In this document: positions 43,500 to 53,200 of the stretch, piece after piece
Layout of the letters: the number at the start of each line of letters is the position of its first letter
Position numbering within the stretch: position 1 is the stretch's first letter
From: Eledone cirrhosa
Lineage: Eukaryota
Assembly: GCA_964016885.1 (NCBI GenBank)
Contig: OZ024742.1
Span: 15,376,001 to 15,440,000 of the forward strand
Direction: 5' to 3'
DNA length: 64,000 nucleotides
Notes under the pieces: model-generated
What the model saw: the letters and a program-made list of their open reading frames with translations, nothing else
Databases searched by the model: none
What the model was told of the DNA's origin: nothing
Made by a program: the position numbers and the translations under genes

Positions 43500-43951
43500 T
43501 TAACCATTTCATTGCTATATTTCTAATGAAGGATTCTAAAAATAATTTTGAAAATCAAGAATTTGGAGGGATTTTATAATATAACCACCTTTTTCATTAT
43601 CAAGCTGGTATTTTAGGTTGTTTGATAAAATTATGATGGAAGGCTTTTAGATAAATATAAATACTTCTTTAAAACAAAAATGGTTTAACTCTTTAGCATT
43701 TACATTACTCTATATTTACTATTGTATTTTCACAGTAAACACTTTATTTCACATAATTATCTCACATAATATCAAATCTATGAAATTTTGATATTGTTTA
43801 TTTTGAGAACAATACTTTAACATAATTATGAGCAGCTGGTTATGGCCAGTTTGAACAGAAAGAGGTGAGAGAATTCTGGCTGGATACAGCTGGTTTAAAT
43901 GCTAAAGGGTTGATGTTAGCAGTTTCAAGTGGTTTTGTATCAAAAGGGTTA
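43500..43951 (-). mobile_element. MITE family B, complete copy with family A nested inside
   Basis: Termini TTAACCATTTCATTG and GTATCAAAAGGGTTA. The body is the reverse complement of 58022-58215. Confidence 0.75.
43685..43913 (+). mobile_element. piggyBac-type MITE family A
   Basis: TTAA-CTCTTTAGCATTTA ... TAAATGCTAAAGGG-TTGA. Homologous to 40829-41035. Confidence 0.88.
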
Positions 43952-44235
43952 GCATATTCTATTAGGGAGTCTCAAGTTATATTTAAAATGGTTACTAGCT
44001 TACCCCTCTGGAACACCTTGTAATCTACGAGATGGTGATTGTTTTGTGCATTCAGACCAGGTCTCTGGCTTGATATACTCCTCTCTCCCTCCAGCTAAAC
44101 CAAGAGGCTCTGATATGGGCACTCTCACTAAACTAATTAAAAGAAAAATATCTGAGAAACAGTTTTGAACTCAATTCTTCTGTTGTGAAAACGATAAAGA
44201 AAAGAAACTCAAGTTTTCACAGTCATTGCAGCTTC

Positions 44236-44236
<1 letters not shown>

Positions 44237-44269
<33 letters not shown>
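44237..44269. repeat. (GAT)n microsatellite
   Basis: Direct reading. Confidence 0.95.
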
Positions 44270-44270
<1 letters not shown>

Positions 44271-44484
44271 ATGGTTTCTCATAGCAACTTTGCTAATTCT
44301 CAAATCTAAAGACAAAACTTTCTCTCTAGGGCTCGAAAATATATCAATTTTAACTGAGCCTCTGTAAAATTTAAGTAAAACCCATATTGGAGTACCCCTC
44401 CTATATCTGGCTTGGTGCTGCTGCTACACTTACAAAAAATGTATTTAACTTGATTTGTGAAATCTCAGTGACCAATGCCCTACA

Positions 44485-45252
44485 CCACTGTCTACCTATC
44501 AACTTACCTACCTACCTATACACCCATCTATCTACCTACCTACCTATACATCCATCTATCTACCTACCCACCTGTCAACTTACCTACCTACCTACCTACC
44601 TATACACCCATCTATCTACCTACCCACCTACCTACCTACCTACACACCCATCTATCTACCTACCCACCTGTCTACCTACCCACCTGTCAACTTACCTATA
44701 CACCCATCTATCTACCTACCCACCTACCTACCTACCTACACACCCATCTATCTACCTACCCACCTGTCTACCTACCCACCTGTCAACTTACCTATACACC
44801 CATCTATCTACCTACCCACCTGTCAACTTACCTACCTACCTACCTACCTACCTACCTACCTACCTACCTATACACCCATCTATCTACCTACCCACCTGTC
44901 TACCTATCAACTTACCTACCTACCAACACACCCATCTATCTACCTACCCACCTGTCAACTTACCTACCTACCTACATATACACGCATCTATCTACCTACC
45001 CACCTGTCTACCTATCAACCTACTTACCCACCTGTCTAACTATCAACTTACCTACCTACCTATACACCCATCTATCTACCTACTCACCTGTCTACCTGTC
45101 AACTTACCTACCGACCTACCTACCTATACACCCATCTATCTACCTACCCAACTACCTACCTCCCTACCTACCTACCTACCTACCTACCTACCTACCTACC
45201 TGTCTACCTACCTACCTATCTACCTACCTACCCACCTACATCTCTATCTCTC
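44485..45252. repeat. Complex (CCTA/TCTA)-based microsatellite with recurring larger units
   Basis: TACC/TATC 4-mers with recurring ACACCCATCTATCTACCTACCCACCTGTC and AACTTACC blocks. Confidence 0.95.
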
Positions 45253-45354
45253 TCTACTAAATGATATAATTACTTGTCCACTTTTGTCTATTTCTGAAAA
45301 TATGAATTTTGTATTCAATTTGTTTTCTTCTCAAATAAAAAGGAATGAAATGTA

Positions 45355-48300
45355 CAGTGGAATTAGTGTCACATGGTCAGTCTTGGGAGAGAGAGTGGAA
45401 TTAGTGTGTCACATGGTCAGTCTTGGGAGAGAGAGAGAGAGAGTGGAATTAGTGTCACATGGTCAGTCTTGGGAGAGAGAGTGCAATTAGTGTGTCACAT
45501 GGTCAGTCTTGGGAGAGAGAGTGGAATTAGTGTCACATGGTCAGTCTTGGGAGAGAGAGTGCAATTAGTGTGTCACATGGTCAGTCTTGGGAGAGAGAGT
45601 GGAATTAGTGTCACATGGTCAGTCTTGGGAGAGAGAGTGGAATTAGTGTCACATGGTCAGTCTTGGGAGAGAGAGTGGAATTAGTGTCACATGGTCAGTC
45701 TTGGGAGAGAGAGTGGAATTAGTGTCACATGGTCAGTCTTGGGAGAGAGAGTGGAATTAGTGTGTCACATGGTCAGTCTTGGGAGAGAGAGTGGAATTAG
45801 TGTGTCACATGGTCAGTCTTGGGAGAGAGAGAGAGAGAGTGGAATTAGTGTCACATGGTCAGTCTTGGGAGAGAGAGTGGAATTAGTGTGTCACATGGTC
45901 AGTCTTGGGAGAGAGAGTGGAATTAGTGTGTCACATGGTCAGTCTTGGCAGAGAGAGAGAGAGTGGAATTAGTGTCACATGGTCAGTCTTGGGAGAGAGA
46001 GTGGAATTAGTGTGTCACATGGTCAGTCTTGGGAGAGAGAGTGGAATTAGTGTGTCACATGGTCAGTCTTGGGAGAGAGAGAGAGAGAGTGGAATTAGTG
46101 TCACATGGTCAGTCTTGGGAGAGAGAGAGTGGAATTAGTGTCACATGGTCAGTCTTGGGAGAGAGTGTGGAATTAGTGTGTCACATGGTCAGTCTTGGGA
46201 GAGAGAGAGAGAGAGAGTGGAATTAGTGTGTCACATGGTCAGTCTTGGGAGAGAGAGTGGAATTAGTGTCAAATGGTCAGTCTTGGGAGAGAGAGAGAGA
46301 GTGGAATTAGTGTCACATGGTCAGTCTTGGGAGAGAGAGTGGAATTAGTGTGTCACATGGTCAGTCTTGGGAGAGAGAGTGGAATTAGTGTGTCACATGG
46401 TCAGTCTTGGGAGAGAGAGAGAGAGTGGAATTAGTGTCACATGGTCAGTCTTGGGAGAGAGAGTGGAATTAGTGTGTCACATGGTCAGTCTTGGGAGAGA
46501 GAGAGTGGAATTAGTGTCACATGGTCAGTCTTGGGAGAGAGTGTGGAATTAGTGTGTCACATGGTCAGTCTTGGGAGAGAGAGAGAGTGGAATTAGTGTG
46601 TCACATGGTCAGTCTTGGGAGAGAGAGAGAGTGGAATTAGTGTGTCACATGGTCAGTCTTGGGAGAGAGAGTGGAATTAGTGTGTCAAATGGTCAGTCTT
46701 GGGAGAGAGAGAGAGAGTGGAATTAGTGTGTCACATGGTCAGTCTTGGGAGAGAGAGAGTGGAATTAGTGTGTCACATGGTCAGTCTTCGGAGAGAGAGA
46801 GAGAGAGTGGAATTAGTGTGTCACATGGTCAGTCTTGGGAGAGAGAGAGTGGAATTAGTGTGTCACATGGTCAGTCTTGGGAGAGAGAGAAAGTGGAATT
46901 AGTGTGTCACATGGTCAGTCTTGGGAGAGAGAGAGAGAGTGGAATTAGTGTCACATGGTCAGTCTTGGGAGAGAGAGAGAGTGGAATTAGTGTGTCACAT
47001 GGTCAGTCTTGGGAGATAGAGAGAGAGAGAGTGGTATTAGTGTGTCACATGGTCAGTCTTGGGAGAGAGAGTGGAATTAGTGTGTCACATGGTCAGTCTT
47101 GGGAGAGAGAGAGAGAGTGGAATTAGTGTGTCACATGGTCAGTCTTGGGAGAGAGAGAGTGGAATTAGTGTCACATGGTCAATCTTGGGAGAAAGAGAGA
47201 GAGAGAGTGGAATTAGTGTGTCACATGGTCAGTCTTGGGAGAGAGAGAGAGAGTGGAATTAGTGTGTCACATGGTCAGTCTTGGGCGAGAGAGAGAGAGA
47301 GAGAGAGGAATTGGTGTCACATGGTCAGTCTTGGGATAGAGAGAGAGAGAGAGAATGTGGAATTAGTGTGTCACATGGTCAGTCTTCGGAGAGAGAGAGA
47401 GAGTGGAATTAGTGTGTCACATGGTCAGTCTTGGGAGAGAGAGAGTGGAATTAGTGTCACATGGTCAGTCTTGGGAGAGAGAGAGTGAGAGTGGAATTAG
47501 TGTGTCACATGGTCAGTCTTGGGAGAGAGAGTGGAATTAGTGTGTCACATGGTCAGTCTTGGGAGAGAGAGAGAGAGAGAGAGAGTGGAATTAGTGTCAC
47601 ATGGTCAGTCTAGTCTTGGGAGAGAGAGAGTGGAATTAGTGTCACATGGTCAGTCTTGGGAGAGAGTGTGGAATTAGTGTGTCACATGGTCAGTCTTGGG
47701 AGAGAGAGAGAGAGTGGAATTAGTGTGTCACATGGTCAGTCTTGGGAGAGAGAGTGGAATTAGTGTGTCAAATGGTCAGTCTTCGGAGAGAGAGAGAGAG
47801 AAAGAGAGAGTGGAATTAGTGTGTCACATGGTCAGTCTTGGGAGAGAGAGAGTGGAATTAGTGTGTCACATGGTCAGTCTTGGGAAAGAGAGAGAGTGGA
47901 ATTAGTGTGTCACATGGTCAGTCTTGGGAGAGAGAGAGAGTGGAATTAGTGTCACATGGTCAGTCTTGGGAGATAGAGAGAGAGTGGAATTAGTGTGTCA
48001 CATGGTCAGTCTTGGGAGATAGAGAGAGAGTGGTATTAGTGTGTCACATGGTCAGTCTTGGGAGAGAGAGAGTGGAATTAGTGTGTCACATGGTCAGTCT
48101 TGGGAGAGAGAGAGTGGAATTAGTGTGTCACATGGTCAGTCTTGGGAGAGAGAGAGAGTGGAATTAGTGTGTCACATGGTCAGTCTTGGGGGAGAGAGAG
48201 AGTGGAATTAGTGTGTCACATGGTCAGTCTTGGGAGAGAGAGAGTGTAATTAGTGTGTCACATGGTCAGTCTTGGGAGAGAGAGACAGTGGAATTAGTGT

Positions 48301-49578
48301 GTCACATGGTCAGTCTTGGGAGAGAGAGAGAGTGGAAGTAGTGTCACATGGTCAGGCTTGGGAGAGAGAGAGAGAGTGGAATTAGTGTATCACATGGTCA
48401 GTCTTGGGAGAGAGAGAGAGAGAGAGATTGGAATTAGTGTCACATGGTCAGTCTTGGGAGAGAGAGAGAGAGAGTGGAATTAGTGTGTCACATGGTCAGT
48501 CTTGGGAGAGAGAGAGAGAGTGGAATTAGTGTGTCACATGGTCAGTCTTGGGAGAGTGAGAGAGTGGAATTAGTGTGTCACATGGTCAGTCTTGGGAGAG
48601 AGAGAGAGAGAGAGTGGAATTAGTGTGTCACATGGTCAGTCTTGGGAGAGAGAGAGAGCGTGGAATTAGTGTGTCACATGCTCAGTCTTGGGAGAGAGTG
48701 TGGAATTAGTGTGTCACATGGTCAGTCTTGGGAGAGAGAGAGTGGAATTAGTGTCACATGGTCAGTCTTGAGAGACAGAGTGGAATTAGTGTGTCACATG
48801 GTCAGTCTTGGGAGAGAGACAGAGAGTAGAATTAGTGTCACATGGTCAGTCTTGGGAGAGAGAGAGAGTGGAATTAGTGTGTCACATGGTCAGTCTTGGG
48901 AGAGAGAGAGAGAGAGTGGAATTAGTGTGTCACATGGTCGGTCTTGGGAGAGAGAGAGGAATTAGTGTGTCACATGGTCAGTCTTGGGAGAGAGAGAGAG
49001 AGAGTGTGGAATTAGTGTGTCACATGGTCAGTCTTGGGAGAGAGAGAGAGTGGAATTAGTGTGTCACATGGTCAGTCTTGGGGGAGAGAGAGAGAGAGAG
49101 AGGAATTAGTGTGTCACATGGTCAGTCTTGGGAGAGAGAGAGAGAGAGTGTGGAATTAGTGTGTCACATGGTCAGTCTTGGGAGAGAGAGAGTGGAATTA
49201 GTGTGTCACATGGTCAGTCTTGGGAGAGAGAGAGATAGCGTGGAATTAGTGTGTCACATGGTCAGTCTTGGGAGAGAGAGAGAGAGTGTGTGGAATTAGT
49301 GTGTCACATGGTCAGTCTTGGGAGAGAGAGAGAGTGTGGAATTAGTGTGTCACATGGTCAGTCTTGGGAGAGAGAGAGAGAGAGTGTGGAATTAGTGTGT
49401 CACATGGTCAGTCTTGGGAGAGAGAGAGAGAGTGTGTGGAATTAGTGTGTCACATGGTCAGTCTTGGGAGAGAGAGAGAGTGTGGAATTAGTGTGTCACA
49501 TGGTCAGTCTTGGGAGAGAGAGAGAGAGAGTGTGGAATTAGTGTGTCACATGGTCAGTCTTGGGAGAGAGAGAGAATT
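45355..49578. repeat. Minisatellite Sat2: GTGGAATTAGT(GT)GTCACATGGTCAGTCTTGG(GA)n, unit about 38-52 bp, about 100 copies
   Basis: Conserved 30-32 bp core plus a variable GA tract. Confidence 0.98.
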
Positions 49579-49667
49579 GAAGCACAGTTTTATATTTATT
49601 TGCAAATTGGTTTGTTATTTTGTTTTTCAATCTTTGAAATAATTCTGTTTTGTCTTTCTAATTGTAG

Positions 49668-49768
49668 TTCGGCATCAACAGCAGCAACAACAACAACAAC
49701 AGAACAGGATGCCCTTGCCATCCTCACAAACAGCTTTCAGCCCACAACAAATACGACAATTGTTGCAG
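49668..49768 (+). CDS. Candidate internal exon of a glutamine-rich host protein (xRHQ9NRMPLPSSQTAFSPQQIRQLLQ)
   Basis: T-rich tract plus TAG acceptor at 49665-49667, CAG|GTTTGT donor at 49769. 101 nt open in one frame, with mixed CAA/CAG codons. Not similar to any repeat in the window. Confidence 0.55.
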
Positions 49769-50032
49769 GTTTGTTGGCACCTACCTCATCTTTTCTTTGA
49801 TAGTCTGTGAGAAAGAAAATATATTGATTCTTTTTATGTTTTCTAATCCAGTTTTATCCCTAAGGTAGAACACGTAGGAATCCCAAACATAGGAATGACT
49901 GTAAGGGCAGTCGATTGCTAGAAAATTGGGTAAAATATGGTCAGTAGCCGTTACAAAGAATCCCTTCAATTTTGGCCTCGTGCTTTAGAATTAGAAAGGC
50001 AGAGCTTGGATGAACTGAGGAAGAACTTGGTT

Positions 50033-50086
50033 TTAACTATTTATCATTCACATTACTCTGTCAAATATCATGTTTATCTATTTACA
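50033..50086 (+). mobile_element. Degenerate MITE family A left end, interrupted by a SINE
   Basis: TTAACTATTTATCATTCACATTACTCT resembles TTAACTCTTTAGCATTTACATTACTCT. Confidence 0.55.
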
Positions 50087-50274
50087 GTGGATTGGCAGTG
50101 TCGGTAGAGGGTCGGACGCCATGCTTTGATGTATAGAGTTACGGGCCTTGCCATTCTGAGTTCAAACCCAGCCGAGGTTAACTTTGCCTTTCATCCTTAC
50201 GGGGTCAATAAAATAAAGTACCAGTAATTCACTGGGTAATTACTGGCCTTGTGCCAAAAGTAGTATCAATTATT
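50087..50274 (+). mobile_element. tRNA-derived SINE family 1
   Basis: A-box-like TGGCAGTGTCGG, B box GAGTTCAAACC, family core, AT-rich tail. Confidence 0.9.
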
Positions 50275-50344
50275 TTCAGTTAATTATACTCAAGAAGATT
50301 ATCAACTTTATTTGAAATTTTTTGTTGTTGTTAAATTTGACTTT

Positions 50345-50690
50345 TATGGGCATTTGAAGTACCGACCAGATGCAAATACCGATTTAATTTCAAATACCTT
50401 GTTTTCGGCATAATACTTAGTATATAAGGGTCATTAAACCTTATATCAGCACTCCAGTAATTCCAGTCTTGGAAATTGCTTTATACCAAACATTATATTG
50501 ATTGAAAAAAATGCGCGAATTTTTGCAGCTTCTGTTGGTTGCCATAATAGATCAGCTTTTCCCTGATTTGAAGTGGACTTAATGGTATGAAGTGGACTTA
50601 ATACCATATATGGTATGAAGTGGACTTCTTTATCATACAACAGTGCCTGTGTCATAACATTAATTTAGATAGATTTTGCAAGATTTGTCA
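50345..50690 (-). pseudogene. piggyBac (PGBD-like, DDE_Tnp_1_7) transposase relic, N-terminal part
   Basis: Manual translation gives WQPTEAAKIRAFFSINIMFGIKQFPRLE, a frameshift, then YWSADIRFNDPYILSIMPKTRYLKLNRYLHL. This fits the piggyBac W-x-P-T...YWS...M...R...YLH pattern. Confidence 0.8.
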
Positions 50691-50878
50691 TGAATTCAAT
50701 GTTTTATTTTTAATTCATATCCAAATATATAGAATAGCTTTGATTAGAAAAGCTGTGAAACATCGCTGAACTAAATAACATTTGATGTAGTTACTGTTCT
50801 TTCTAATCAGTTTAACCCTTTCATTATCTCCTTATAATATATAACCAGCAATTTCTCTGTCTGTCTGTCCGACAGTGG

Positions 50879-51097
50879 AAACACGTGCGCGCGTGCGAAT
50901 GTTTTTTGCGCACGTGTAGAGAGTGAAAGAAACAGACAGACTACGAGAGGGGGATAGCGAGAGGGAGAGAGAGAGAGTGAATAGACGCTAAAACACATGC
51001 GCGCGTGCGAATGTTTTTTACGCACGCGTAGAGAGAGAGTGAGAGTGAAAGAAAGAGACAGACTACAAGAGGGGGATAGCGCAGGGAGAGAGGGGGG
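50879..51097. repeat. Two ~112-bp CpG/GA-rich tandem units, with an inverted partial copy at about 52550-52620
   Basis: AAACAC(G/A)TGCGCGCGTGCGAATGTTTTTT...GACAGACTAC..GAGGGGGATAGCG occurs twice. Confidence 0.85.
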
Positions 51098-51111
51098 AAT
51101 TGAGGAGTGCT

Positions 51112-51272
51112 ACAGAAACATATATACATTTCTGTGTGTGTGTAATATATATATATATACACACACAGAAATATATATATATACACACAGAAATATATAT
51201 ACATTTCTGTGTGTGTAATATATATATATATATATACACACAGAAATATATATATACATTTCTGTGTGTGTA

Positions 51273-51307
<35 letters not shown>

Positions 51308-51325
51308 GAAATATATATACATTTC

Positions 51326-51367
<42 letters not shown>

Positions 51368-51393
51368 GAAATGTATATATATTTCTGTGTGTG

Positions 51394-51434
<41 letters not shown>

Positions 51435-51460
51435 GAAATATATATACATTTCTGTGTGTG

Positions 51461-51510
<50 letters not shown>

Positions 51511-51645
51511 AAATATATATACATTTCTGTGTGTGTGTAATATATATATATATATGCACACAGAAATATATATACATTTCTGTGTGTGTAATATATATAT
51601 ATATATATACACACAGAAATATATATATACATTTCTGTGTGTGTA

Positions 51646-51678
<33 letters not shown>

Positions 51679-51696
51679 GAAATATATATACATTTC

Positions 51697-51740
<44 letters not shown>

Positions 51741-51766
51741 GAAATGTATATATATTTCTGTGTGTG

Positions 51767-51805
<39 letters not shown>

Positions 51806-52233
51806 GAAATATATATATATATTTCTGTGTGTGTAATATATATATATATATATATCATCATCATCATCATCATTTCATTTTTACGTCCACTTTTCCCTGC
51901 TTGCAAGGGTGGGACGGGAACTGATTCTGGCTTGATTTCTACAGCTGGATGCCCTTCCTAACACCAACCTCATTTACAGTGAGTGCTGGGTGCTTTTTTT
52001 GCCGTGGCACCTCCACGACCACTTTGCAGTGGAATGATATGGACTCCAGTCCCTATCATCTCATTTCTACAGCTGAGTAAACTGGAGCAATGTGAAATAA
52101 AGTGTCTTGCTCAAGGAAACAACACATCACCCGGTCTGAGAATTGAACTCACAACCTTTCGATTGCAAACCCAATGCTCTAACCACTAAGCCATGTGCCT
52201 CCATGCATGCACACAGAAATATATATACATTTC

Positions 52234-52275
<42 letters not shown>

Positions 52276-52522
52276 GAAATATATATATACATTTCTGTGT
52301 GTGTAATATATATATATATGCACACAGAAATATATATACATTTCTGTGTGTGTAATATATATATATATATATACACACACACAGAAATGTAGATATATTT
52401 CTGTGTGTATATATATATATATACACACACACAGAAATGTATATATATATTTCTGTGTGTATATATATATATATTACACACACAGAAATGTATATATATA
52501 TACACACAGAAATATATATACA
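51112..52522. repeat. Palindromic minisatellite ACACAGAAAT(AT)nACATTTCTGTGTGTGTA(AT)n, continuing at 53081-53200 and 55864-55984
   Basis: Each unit has the inverted arms ACACACAGAAAT / ATTTCTGTGTGT, separated by TA runs. Confidence 0.95.
51855..52202 (-). mobile_element. tRNA-derived SINE family 2: tRNA head, CORE-like block, RTE-type tail, (GAT)n
   Basis: On the minus strand: A box TGGCTTAGTGG, B box GAGTTCAATTC, CORE-like CCTTGAGCAAGACACTT. 51917-52030 is nearly identical to the RTE-c 3' UTR. Confidence 0.8.
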
Positions 52523-52769
52523 TCCCTTAGCTACTGTACTGTATCCGTTGCTATCTCTCTCTCTCTCCAGCTATCCCTCTCTTTTAGTCTGTCTGTTTCT
52601 CTCACTCTCACTCTTTCTCTTTGTAACACACTAACATTCTTCCCCTCTATCGCTGTGACGAATGGGGAGATGGAGGAGGAGGAGGGGGAGGAGGAGGAGA
52701 GTCACTTCGTCACTTCACCTCTGCCTTTCTTTCTCTCCCCTCTCACTCGCTCATTACATACATACATTA

Positions 52770-52962
52770 GGGCGCTGGATTGGCAGAATCTGTAGAGAGT
52801 CGGACACCATGCTTCATAGTATGGAGTTACGGCCCTTTACGGTCTGAGTTCAAATACCGCTGAGGTTAACTTTGCCTTTCATCCTCACGGGGTCGATAAA
52901 ATAAAGTACCAGTAATGTACTGGGTAATTGCTGGCCTTGTGCCAAAAGTAGAAACAATTATT
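52770..52962 (+). mobile_element. tRNA-derived SINE family 1
   Basis: TGGCAGAATC, B box GAGTTCAAATACC, family core, GAAACAATTATT tail. Confidence 0.9.
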
Positions 52963-53200
52963 AGAAACATTGCTTCATTTTTACATATCTAAGCATTAGT
53001 AAAATAACTAATAATTTCAAAAGTAATTTTTCAATTCCAATTGTTATGAACAGCAAAACAATAATAATAATTTTGTTCTAAGAAATATATATACATTTCT
53101 GTGTGTGTAATATATATATATATATACACACACAGAAATATATATACATTTCTGTGTGTAATATATATATATATACACACACAGAAATATATATATATAC

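Noticed and set aside
44056-44168. Possible exon after TTCAG
   Set aside because: No recognisable peptide or good donor site was found.
44387-45490. 367-aa and 261-aa Y/L/P/T-rich ORFs
   Set aside because: They are translations of a stop-free CCTA microsatellite.
45373-49642. Many short MVSLGRE/SHGQSWERE ORFs
   Set aside because: They are frame-shifting translations of Sat2.
49510-49800. 96-aa track ORF with poly-T
   Set aside because: It starts in Sat2 and crosses the splice signals. The polyQ frame bounded by AG/GT is more plausible.
52125-52202. tRNA gene
   Set aside because: It has A and B boxes but continues into a CORE-like SINE body, with no convincing acceptor stem or terminator.
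50941-52795. YIYI/CVC-rich ORFs on both strands
   Set aside because: They are translations of the TA/CA minisatellite.
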